From the NCBI GenBank assembly GCA_013388455.1, contig JACAFF010000022.1, positions 41,866 to 105,865 on the forward strand: a DNA stretch of 64,000 nucleotides. Reading direction: 5' to 3'. The DNA is from Nitrospirota bacterium (GTDB taxonomy: Bacteria; Nitrospirota; Thermodesulfovibrionia; Thermodesulfovibrionales; SM23-35). The notes beneath the pieces were generated by a model. It was not told the DNA's origin. It made no database searches and saw nothing but the letters and a program-made list of their open reading frames with translations. This document shows, piece after piece, positions 19,957-27,949 of the stretch. Within the stretch, counting starts at the first letter, position 1. The number at the start of each line of letters is the position of its first letter. Position numbers and translations under genes: made by a program.

Positions 19957-21204
19957 GTGGCAAAGACAAACAGGAATAAATCACTGGAACATACAGCAAC
20001 GATCATACATGAAAAATCAGTAGCAAGCATTGAATTCTCACTATGCTGGGAAAACTCCGCTATATTCCACACCGACTGCTTTTTTGCAGGGAAAGTGAAT
20101 TTTTACCGTGACATCTTTCCGCAGAAGATTAGCGATTCGCTAATGGGAAAATCAAAAGGAGATACAATAGTAATCCCAAACATTATAAAAGACATTGTAT
20201 CGCCCTACTCACAGAATTATGAGTTCTCTATTGAACAAAGACAATTTGACCATCTTTACACTGCTCCATTAAAGACAGAGCCTCGATTTGGACGTTTTTA
20301 TCCAAAAGGCCTGCTGAAGGCGCTTCCGGGCATCTTTCGCGGGAACGTTGAGCCATTTCGATGTTCGGGGATAACAGATGCTACCATTACCGTGGATTTT
20401 AATCATCCGCTTTCACTTATGAATGGCAATCTTACTATGGCTATAAAAGATGTAAGGAGGAATAGCGGGATACTTGGTGGGTCATGTACCGACTGGATGG
20501 AAATAATAACCTCCGGCCCTGGGATGCAGACACGCTGCCGAAGTATTCCCACAGATTTCTTTTCGGATGAACCTTTCAGGAGAATAAATGAACATATTGA
20601 TGCAGACTTCTATAAAAAACCTCGTCTTGTTACCCATATTGATGATAGAGCCATATCAGTAATCAGTGATTTATATGGTCAGACACTGGAAAATGGGATG
20701 AAGGTTCTGGATCTTATGAGCAGCTGGAGGTCACATATACCCCAGAACATAAAACTTGAATCGCTTGTCGGGCTTGGGCTCAATCGGGAGGAGATGTTGC
20801 AGAATCCCCAACTTACCGATCAAGTTATACATGATCTGAATAGAGATCCATTGCTCCCCTTCACCGACAACACATTCGATGCAGTTATTTGTACCGTTTC
20901 TGTGGAATACCTGATATACCCCTTCGAAGTTTTCGTGGAAATAGCAAGGGTTCTAAAAACAGGCGGGTATTGTATGGTTACCTTTTCAAATCGGTGGTTT
21001 CCGCCCAAGGTTATAAAGATATGGACTGAACTCCACGATTTTGAACGGATGGGTCTCATTCTTGAATATTTTTTACAAAAAGGCTTATATAAAAACCTTA
21101 AAACCTTTTCGATGAGAGGACTTCCAAGAAATGAGGATGATAGATATTATCCAGCTATGCCTTATTCAGATCCGGTATATGCGGTGTGGGGACAAAAAGG
21201 GTAA
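19957..21204 (+). CDS. SAM-dependent methyltransferase (type 11 domain) with ~200-aa N-terminal domain of unknown function
   Basis: C-terminal VLDLMSSW...FDAVICTVSVEYL...VLKTGGYCMVTFSN is a class I MTase core; GTG start uncertain. Confidence 0.65.
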   Translation: MAKTNRNKSLEHTATIIHEKSVASIEFSLCWENSAIFHTDCFFAGKVNFYRDIFPQKISDSLMGKSKGDTIVIPNIIKDIVSPYSQNYEFSIEQRQFDHLYTAPLKTEPRFGRFYPKGLLKALPGIFRGNVEPFRCSGITDATITVDFNHPLSLMNGNLTMAIKDVRRNSGILGGSCTDWMEIITSGPGMQTRCRSIPTDFFSDEPFRRINEHIDADFYKKPRLVTHIDDRAISVISDLYGQTLENGMKVLDLMSSWRSHIPQNIKLESLVGLGLNREEMLQNPQLTDQVIHDLNRDPLLPFTDNTFDAVICTVSVEYLIYPFEVFVEIARVLKTGGYCMVTFSNRWFPPKVIKIWTELHDFERMGLILEYFLQKGLYKNLKTFSMRGLPRNEDDRYYPAMPYSDPVYAVWGQKG

Positions 21205-21231
21205 GAAAGCTTATAGGGTTTCTTGGGGTTG

Positions 21232-21427
21232 CACCTTGACGAAAGACAAAGTGACCTTACGTAATTCCTTTTACTCAAAGATACAGATTGGAGAATATTT
21301 TAGTAATTTAAGTTATTCTGCAGTAGTAAAGATATATGAGCGGTTTAAAAGAAGATTGAAAGAAAACACAAGATTAAGAAGAGAGGTAGAGAAAATAGAG
21401 AGACAATTGTCCTATGTCAAAGTGTGA
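21232..21427 (+). pseudogene. C-terminal remnant of an HTH (DnaA-C-like) domain gene, same family as 15378-15554
   Basis: ...KIQIGEYFSNLSYSAVVKIYERFKRRLKENTRLRREVEKIERQLSYVKV*. The N-terminal part of the ORF-track ORF is read-through of the MTase 3' end. Terminal AAGTGTGACCCC resembles the inverted AAGTCCGACCCC at 15378-89. Confidence 0.45.
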
Positions 21428-21842
21428 CCCCTCTCATTTTTCCGCTAAATTAATTATCCCTGGCCATTTTTTAACAGAAATTATCTTACACTGCCAGGAA
21501 CAATCTCCGTATGAGGCATGTGGTATTCTTGCAGGGAAAAACAATGTCGTAGAAAAAGTCTTCAAGATGACTAATGTCGAAAAATCTTCTGTAAGTTATC
21601 TGATGGATTCAAGGGAACAATTTATTGCCATGAAAGAAATGAGCGGGCTTGGACTCGCTATGGTCGCAATATATCACTCTCATCCTGTTTCCTCTGCATA
21701 TCCTTCGCCCAAAGACATAAGCCTCGCATTTTACCCTGACACATTTCATGTCATCGTAAGTCTTGCTTCCGGTGCTGCCGTAATCAAAGCCTTTGAGATA
21801 AAAGATGGCGTCAGAGAAATAGAAATCATAGAGACTCATTAA
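21414..21842 (+). CDS. JAMM/MPN+ metalloprotease (Mec+/HcyD-like)
   Basis: EACG...(E), HSHPVSSAYPSPKD = JAMM motif H-x-H-x7-S-x2-D; 142 aa, the size of CysO/HcyS-processing enzymes. Confidence 0.85.
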   Translation: MSKCDPSHFSAKLIIPGHFLTEIILHCQEQSPYEACGILAGKNNVVEKVFKMTNVEKSSVSYLMDSREQFIAMKEMSGLGLAMVAIYHSHPVSSAYPSPKDISLAFYPDTFHVIVSLASGAAVIKAFEIKDGVREIEIIETH

Positions 21843-22020
21843 CCCGAATAATGCAGACATTGCTCGAAAATTTCTTTAACTCGATGAATTTATTAAATTA
21901 TTCAGATTCGTTCGATGAATAAAAATATTCGTAAAACCATTAGTTAAAGGTACACTAAGGTATCAAAAAATAAATTTTCTCGCAACATCTGCATTATTCA
22001 ATTGCATTATTTGGGTTAAT
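21839..22020 (+). mobile_element. MITE-like inverted-repeat element, copy A (longest)
   Basis: TTAACCCGAATAATGCAGACATTGCTCGAAAATTTCTTTAA ... AAATTTTCTCGCAACATCTGCATTATTCAATTGCATTATTTGGGTTAA; ~30-bp imperfect TIRs and no coding capacity. Confidence 0.7.
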
Positions 22021-22145
22021 TAGAACCATCCCTTTCAATTATTCTCTATTTTGAAGTAAAATTTAAAATCATTGCAGTCTATTTTAGTCGTTATTCCGGG
22101 CGAAACGAGGAATTTCTCAGTAATAGAGACTCAGGAGATATTTAT

Positions 22146-23390
22146 ATGGGTTATGTAAGAGGTCTTAAGTGCCGTGAGTGTGGCAGGCAATATGCTATCG
22201 CTCCAGTATATGTCTGTGAGTTCTGCTTTGGGCCTCTTGAGGTAGTATATGATTATGAAAGCATAAAGAAAGTATTAACAAAAAACATAATTGAAAAAAG
22301 GCCAAAAAATCTCTGGAGATACAAAGAGCTTCTGCCTATTGATGGGGAACCTCAGGCTGGATTAAATTCCGGCTTTACTCCGCTCGTTAAGGCTAAAAAT
22401 CTTGCGAAGATATTTGGCTTAAAAGAACTTTATATAAAAGATGACACAGTAGTTCATCCAACACTTTCATTCAAAGATAGGGTTGTTGCAATAGCATTAA
22501 CTAAGGCAAAAGAATTTGGTTTTGATACTGTCGCCTGTGCTTCAACAGGCAATCTTGCCCATTCAGTCTCTGCACATGGCGCAAAAGCTGGTTTTCAAAG
22601 GTTTATCTTTATTCCAGCAACTCTTGAAGCGAGTAAGATTATTGCTTCCTTAATTTACGAACCAAATCTTATTGCAGTTGATGGAAATTATGATGATGTG
22701 AATAGGTTATGTAGTGAAATAGCAAATAAATACAAATGGGCTTTTGTCAATATTAATATAAGACCTTTCTATGCAGAAGGATCAAAGACTCATGGATTTG
22801 AAATTGTTGAACAACTTGGATGGAAGACACCTGATAATATTATAATACCCTGTGCAAGTGGTTCACTTCTCACTAAGATATGGAAGAGTTTTAAAGAGCT
22901 TAAAGAGATTGGTATCATAGAGGAGCTCAATACAAAAGTCTTTGCTGCACAGGCAACAGGATGTTCTCCAATTACAACAGCAATAAAACAAGGTATTGAT
23001 GTGATAAGGCCGGTAAAACCTTATACAATCGCCAAATCACTCGCTATCGGGAATCCGGCTGATGGTTATTATGCTACACAGGTTATTAACGAAGCAGGAG
23101 GAACTGGCGAGGATGTATCAGATCAGGAGATAATAGATGGAATAAAAATCCTTGCACGGACAGAAGGGATATTTGCTGAAACAGCAGGAGGTGTCACGGT
23201 TGCAGTTACAAAAAAACTTATTGAATCAGGCAAAATAAGCAGAAACGGTGTCACAGTAATTTGCATAACAGGAAATGGGCTAAAAACACAAGAAGCACTT
23301 AGTGGAAATACTATTCAACCATTTTTTATAAAACCTAATATTCGTTCATTTGAGGATACATTAGAAAAAATTAGAGCAGGAGGAAAATAG
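22146..23390 (+). CDS. threonine-synthase-like PLP enzyme with N-terminal zinc ribbon (candidate MetM-type O-phosphohomoserine-dependent homocysteine synthase)
   Basis: CRECG...CEFC ribbon, PTLSFKDR PLP-lysine motif, fold-type II. Second ThrC paralog in the operon, immediately followed by a GG-terminal sulfur carrier. Confidence 0.7.
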   Translation: MGYVRGLKCRECGRQYAIAPVYVCEFCFGPLEVVYDYESIKKVLTKNIIEKRPKNLWRYKELLPIDGEPQAGLNSGFTPLVKAKNLAKIFGLKELYIKDDTVVHPTLSFKDRVVAIALTKAKEFGFDTVACASTGNLAHSVSAHGAKAGFQRFIFIPATLEASKIIASLIYEPNLIAVDGNYDDVNRLCSEIANKYKWAFVNINIRPFYAEGSKTHGFEIVEQLGWKTPDNIIIPCASGSLLTKIWKSFKELKEIGIIEELNTKVFAAQATGCSPITTAIKQGIDVIRPVKPYTIAKSLAIGNPADGYYATQVINEAGGTGEDVSDQEIIDGIKILARTEGIFAETAGGVTVAVTKKLIESGKISRNGVTVICITGNGLKTQEALSGNTIQPFFIKPNIRSFEDTLEKIRAGGK

Positions 23391-23663
23391 ATGGCTGTAA
23401 AAGTAAGGATACCTACCCCATTGCAGAAACTCACTGAAGGGAAAGAAGAAGTCGAAGGTTCTCCGGGGACTATAATAAATCTCATTAATGAGCTTGACAG
23501 GAAATATCCAGGAATTGCAGAAAGGATATCCGAAGGGGGCAAAATTAGAAGATTTATAAATATCTATTTGAATGAAGAGGATATCAGATTCCTTAAGAAT
23601 GAACAGACAGAGGTTAAAGACAATGATGAGGTATCAATTGTTCCTGCAATAGCAGGAGGATAA
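23391..23663 (+). CDS. MoaD/ThiS-family sulfur-carrier protein (C-terminal Gly-Gly)
   Basis: 90 aa, beta-grasp size, ends ...VSIVPAIAGG*; ATG directly follows the stop of the ThrC-like gene. Confidence 0.8.
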   Translation: MAVKVRIPTPLQKLTEGKEEVEGSPGTIINLINELDRKYPGIAERISEGGKIRRFINIYLNEEDIRFLKNEQTEVKDNDEVSIVPAIAGG

Positions 23664-23676
23664 ATCAGGAGGAATA

Positions 23677-23913
23677 ATGAAACAAAGGGTTAAGTTGACT
23701 TTTCCTCAGCATCTTATTAAAGAACCTGTTATTTTTACCATGGCGAAAAAATATGACATCATGCCGAATATACGGCGGGCAAGAGTCACAGAAACTGTTG
23801 GCGAAATGGTTCTTGAACTTGATGGTTCAGAAGAAAATCTTAATAAGGGTATTCAATCACTGAAAGATCAAGGAATTATTGTCGAACTCGCAGAAGGCGA
23901 TGTAATAGAATAA
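23677..23913 (+). CDS. stand-alone NIL-domain protein
   Basis: 78 aa, F...IKEPVI..........NI..A.V.....G.M.LEL.G pattern as in the NIL domain of MetN C-termini; strong AGGAGG RBS. Confidence 0.65.
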   Translation: MKQRVKLTFPQHLIKEPVIFTMAKKYDIMPNIRRARVTETVGEMVLELDGSEENLNKGIQSLKDQGIIVELAEGDVIE

Positions 23914-23999
23914 ATTTAATACCCAAATCAACCGATAAGATGACAGAACCCTTATATCGCTTGAGCTGGGAAATACTTTAAATTAAATTCGGAGATTTT

Positions 24000-25091
24000 A
24001 TGGAATTAGGAGAAAGTAATAGTAGTAGTATTTCATGGAGAGGTATTATTGAAGAGTATCGTGAATTTCTTCCAGTTACAGATAATACACCAATTGTAAG
24101 CCTCAGAGAAGGAAATACTCCTCTTATTAAAAGTCAGAACATCAAGAAAAAACTCGACCTCGATATTGAACTGTATTTCAAATTTGATGGTGCAAATCCT
24201 ACAGGGTCTTTTAAGGACAGGGGCATGACTCTCGCAATTTCTAAAGCTATGGAGAATAAAGTCAGCGCTGTAATATGCGCCTCGACAGGAAATACTTCGG
24301 CTTCTGCTGCCGCATATGCTGCAAGGGCAAATATCAGAGCTATCGTCCTGATACCAGAAGGTAAAATTGCGCTCGGAAAACTTGTGCAGGCAATCGTTCA
24401 CGGTGCTCACGTCCTTCAGGTCGATGGAAATTTTGATGTGGCCTTAAATATAGTCAAGTCACTTGTGGAAAAACATCCTATAACACTGGTAAATTCCATT
24501 AATCCATTCAGAATTGAAGGTCAGAAATCTGCTGCATTTGAGGTATGTGATCAACTTGGTTTTGTTCCAGAATATCATTCCCTGCCAGTTGGTAATGCAG
24601 GGAATATCACAGCATACTGGAAAGGTTATAATGAATATTATAAAGCTAAAAGAATTTCGTCGCTTCCAGTTATGCTTGGTTTCCAGGCAGCAGGAGCTGC
24701 ACCTATTGTCCTCGGCAAGCCGGTTGAAAAACCCGAAACTGTTGCAACAGCAATAAGAATTGGTAATCCTGCAAGCTGGCAAGGTGCTGTAGCAGCACGG
24801 GATGAATCGGGAGGAAGAATTGACTCAGTAACTGACGATGAAATATTGAATGCATATAAATTAATTGCTTATGCAGAGGGAATTTTCTGTGAGCCTGCAT
24901 CAGCAGCCTCTCTTGCAGGTGTGATAAAATTACACAAAGAAAATTACTTCAAACCCGGCGCTATTGTTGTATGCACATTAACAGGAAATGGCCTTAAGGA
25001 CCCTGATACAGTATTTAAGGTAGCCAGGGAACCAATTAAGGTCAAAGCTGATTTAGGCACTGTAGAAAAAGCAATAGAAGGTATCATATGA
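24000..25091 (+). CDS. thrC: threonine synthase
   Basis: 363 aa; EGNTPL, NPTGSFKDRGM (PLP lysine), ASTGNTSASAAAYA, short-type ThrC. Confidence 0.9.
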   Translation: MELGESNSSSISWRGIIEEYREFLPVTDNTPIVSLREGNTPLIKSQNIKKKLDLDIELYFKFDGANPTGSFKDRGMTLAISKAMENKVSAVICASTGNTSASAAAYAARANIRAIVLIPEGKIALGKLVQAIVHGAHVLQVDGNFDVALNIVKSLVEKHPITLVNSINPFRIEGQKSAAFEVCDQLGFVPEYHSLPVGNAGNITAYWKGYNEYYKAKRISSLPVMLGFQAAGAAPIVLGKPVEKPETVATAIRIGNPASWQGAVAARDESGGRIDSVTDDEILNAYKLIAYAEGIFCEPASAASLAGVIKLHKENYFKPGAIVVCTLTGNGLKDPDTVFKVAREPIKVKADLGTVEKAIEGII

Positions 25092-26296
25092 AATACATAA
25101 TTATTATTGGTGATGGGATGGCTGACAGACCGCTTAAAGAACTTAAGGGTAAAACCCCTCTGCAAAAAGCAAGGACTCCTAATATGGACAAACTTGCAAG
25201 GGAAGGTTTCATTGGCAGGATAAAAACTATACCTCATGGATTTCATCCGGGCTCTGATGTTGCTAATCTTAATATCCTCGGATATAATCCTGAAGAATTC
25301 TATTCAGGCAGAGCACCTTTAGAAGCACTTAGTATGGGTGTTAAACTTAAAGAAAATGATGTAGCATACAGATGTAATTTAGTTACACTTAAGTACAATA
25401 AAGATAAAACAAAAGCTGTAATGGAAGATTATAGCAGCGGCCATATTCCCACAGCAGAAGCAAAAGAACTTATCCAAGAAATCAATGAAAAATTAGGCTC
25501 TGAAAAGATCAGCTTTTATGCCGGTGTCAGCTACCGACATATTATGGTATGGTCTTCAGGCGCAGTGAATATTGAATGTACCCCTCCACATGACATTACT
25601 GGTAAAAATATTGCAGATTATCTTCCAGTTGGAGACCACGAAGAGTTCTTAAGAGAAATAATGTTAAAGGCGAGTGCCATACTTGGAGGACATCCTATTA
25701 ACAGAAACCGTATAAGAAAAGGTGAAAAGCCTGCCAATGGTATATGGCTATGGGGACAGGGCAAAAGAAAAATCCTTCCAACTTTCATTGAAAAATATGG
25801 ATTGAATGGCTCTCTCGTATCTGCTGTCGACCTTATCAAAGGTATTGGTATAAGTGCAGGATTTGAGATTCTCAATGTACCAGAAATTACCGGATATCTG
25901 GATACAAATTATTCAGGTAAGGCAGAGTCATCAATCAAAGCACTTCAAAAGGTTGACATTGCTTACATTCATGTAGAAGCACCTGATGAGGCAGGACATT
26001 CTGGCAATATTAAGGATAAGATTAAAGCAATAGAGGATTTTGACAAATTCGTTGTAGGTAATGTATTGAGGGGATTAAAATCTTTTACTGAATACAAAAT
26101 ATTGCTTTTGCCTGATCACGCTACCCCAATAGCAGTTAAAACCCATACTGACGAACCAGTGCCCTTTGTTATTTTTGATAGTCGGGTTAAAAGAACGAAT
26201 AAGAATGTGTCTTTCGATGAATCTATATCTCAAAGAGACGGGATTCTCGTTTTTGAGGAAGGTTACAGGTTAATGGATTATTTTATAAAAGGTTAA
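25088..26296 (+). CDS. ApgM-type cofactor-independent phosphoglycerate-mutase-family protein, probable non-orthologous homoserine kinase
   Basis: 402 aa alkaline-phosphatase-superfamily protein (IIIGDGMADRP, HVEAPDEAGH, LLPDHATP); overlaps the thrC stop by 4 nt (ATGA). Confidence 0.75.
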   Translation: MKYIIIIGDGMADRPLKELKGKTPLQKARTPNMDKLAREGFIGRIKTIPHGFHPGSDVANLNILGYNPEEFYSGRAPLEALSMGVKLKENDVAYRCNLVTLKYNKDKTKAVMEDYSSGHIPTAEAKELIQEINEKLGSEKISFYAGVSYRHIMVWSSGAVNIECTPPHDITGKNIADYLPVGDHEEFLREIMLKASAILGGHPINRNRIRKGEKPANGIWLWGQGKRKILPTFIEKYGLNGSLVSAVDLIKGIGISAGFEILNVPEITGYLDTNYSGKAESSIKALQKVDIAYIHVEAPDEAGHSGNIKDKIKAIEDFDKFVVGNVLRGLKSFTEYKILLLPDHATPIAVKTHTDEPVPFVIFDSRVKRTNKNVSFDESISQRDGILVFEEGYRLMDYFIKG

Positions 26297-26407
26297 CCCG
26301 AATAATGCAGACATTGCTCGAAAATTTCTTTAAAAGGTACACTAAGGTATCGAAAAATAAATTTTCTCTCAACATCTGCATTATTCAATTGCATTTTCTG
26401 GATTAAT
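26293..26407 (+). mobile_element. MITE-like element, copy B
   Basis: TTAACCCGAATAATGCAGACATTGCTCGAAAATTTCTTTAA...CTCAACATCTGCATTATTCAATTGCATTTTCTGGATTAA; near-identical to copy A ends, and the stop codon of the upstream gene lies in its first 4 nt. Confidence 0.7.
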
Positions 26408-26413
26408 GAAAAT

Positions 26414-27046
26414 ATGAATCCTGAAGAAAAGATAATTGAGATTTTAAATCGGCTGAAAAAGTCTTATCCGGAACCCAAAACTGCTCTCGCTTTCCGGACG
26501 CCGTTCGAACTCCTTGTTGCGACGATACTGTCGGCACAGGCAACAGATGTTCTTGTAAATAAAGTGACTGAAAAACTTTTCAGGAAATATAAAAAAGTGG
26601 ATGATTATGCAAATACTTCGCTCGAAACTTTTCAGAAAGACATAAGTTCGGTCAATTTCTACAGGAACAAAGCAAAAAATATACAGGCTGCTGCAAAGAT
26701 GATTATCGAGAAATTTAACGGAAAAGTTCCGAAGACAATGGAAGAACTGATAACACTTCCCGGAGTTGCACGCAAAACTGCAAACATCATCCTTTCAAAT
26801 GCATATGGTATTCATGAAGGAATTGCTGTGGATACACATGTCAAAAGACTTTCACAGAGGCTTGGCCTTACAAAGAGCAATGACCCGGTTAAGATAGAGA
26901 ATGACCTGATGCTTATTACACCAAAGGATGACTGGGGAAATCTTTCTCACCTTCTTATCTTTCACGGAAGAAAAATCTGCCAGGCAAAAAAACCGAATCA
27001 TAAAGAATGCGTCCTTTACGACCTATGCCCTTCACGGAATATATAA
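26414..27046 (+). CDS. nth: endonuclease III
   Basis: HhH-GPD (LPGVARKTANI), catalytic region DTHV.R, C-terminal C-x6-C-x2-C-x5-C Fe-S cluster loop. Confidence 0.93.
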   Translation: MNPEEKIIEILNRLKKSYPEPKTALAFRTPFELLVATILSAQATDVLVNKVTEKLFRKYKKVDDYANTSLETFQKDISSVNFYRNKAKNIQAAAKMIIEKFNGKVPKTMEELITLPGVARKTANIILSNAYGIHEGIAVDTHVKRLSQRLGLTKSNDPVKIENDLMLITPKDDWGNLSHLLIFHGRKICQAKKPNHKECVLYDLCPSRNI

Positions 27047-27534
27047 ATTAGTATTTTTGTATATAGAAATAATATGCTCTAAAAAAGTTTTATATGTTTT
27101 TGGGATATGACTTTCTTTATATATAGCTAAATAAAATTTATTTCTTATTGCGACTTCAGGTATTTTTATTTCTTTGAGCATTTTATGTTCCAGTTCATCG
27201 GTAACAACAATTTTTGGAAGGAAAGAAAATCCAAGACCTTCTTTTACTGCCTGCTTAACAGCATCGGTAGACCCAAAAAACCCTGCAACTTTAAGTTTTG
27301 CATATTTGCTGTTTTTTGAATGATGTCTAATGCATGAGGATAAAGCTGTTCAGCTTCTTTTGTTGGAATGATACTTCTCCCTAACCTATCAAAGAGATTA
27401 CATCCTAATTCTTTTTCTAATTTTTTAATATGATCACTTATGGTTGGTTGTGTTAGTCCATATTCTTCTGACGCTTTAGAAAAACTTCTATTTTTGAATA
27501 CAAGGACAAACAATTTGAGTTGAACAATTTTCAT
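27032..27534 (-). pseudogene. LysR-family regulator with internal deletion/frameshift
   Basis: N-terminal HTH (FSKASEEYGLTQPTISDHIKKLE) reads into a frameshift after ~85 aa. A different frame encodes only the extreme C-terminal part (VAGFFGSTDAVKQAVKEGLGFSFLPK...). About 100 central codons are missing. Confidence 0.7.
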
Positions 27535-27602
27535 AAATTTATCACGTTACAGAAAATTATTACCTAAATCCAGTGATAAACAACGTAATACCTTGTTATA
27601 TG

Positions 27603-27668
27603 TGTCATTGTGAGCACCTGAAAGGTGCGTGGCATTTTTTCTTAAACGACGAGATTCCTCACATCACA
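27603..27668. repeat. short dispersed repeat, GTCATTGYGAG family (copy 2, hairpin-like)
   Basis: TGTCATTGTGAGCACCTGAAAGGTGCGTGGCA ... CCTCACATCACA; similar to the reverse complement of 34190-34230. Confidence 0.45.
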
Positions 27669-27675
27669 GGTTGTT

Positions 27676-27753
27676 TCAACGACAATAAGATCCGTCGTGC
27701 GCTTCCAGATTAATCTCCAGATCGCTCCACATTTTTGTATAATCCTTTGACAT
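27676..27753 (-). pseudogene. 25-codon N-terminal stump with good RBS (resembles N-termini of HgdB/BcrC-type dehydratase/reductase subunits)
   Basis: AAGGAGG RBS then MSKDYTKMWSDLEINLEAHDGSYCR*; the frame ends where the dispersed repeat begins. Confidence 0.25.
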
Positions 27754-27949
27754 CTTAACCTCCTTTAAATAACTTTTTTATATGTTTAACATAAAATTTA
27801 TATCTATTTAAAATAGATAATTTATATTTTTATGATATGAAGTATAGTTTTTCTGTATATAAATTATGTTAGAGCAGGGGCTCAACTGCAGAATAATTCG
27901 AAAAATTAAAATATCTGTCCATGAGGAGTTTTTTTATGATCCACGAATA

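Noticed and set aside
21131-21427. 98-aa ORF treated as an intact gene
   Set aside because: Its first third overlaps the methyltransferase 3' end in another frame. Only the last ~65 codons look like a real (HTH tail) sequence, so I call it a remnant.
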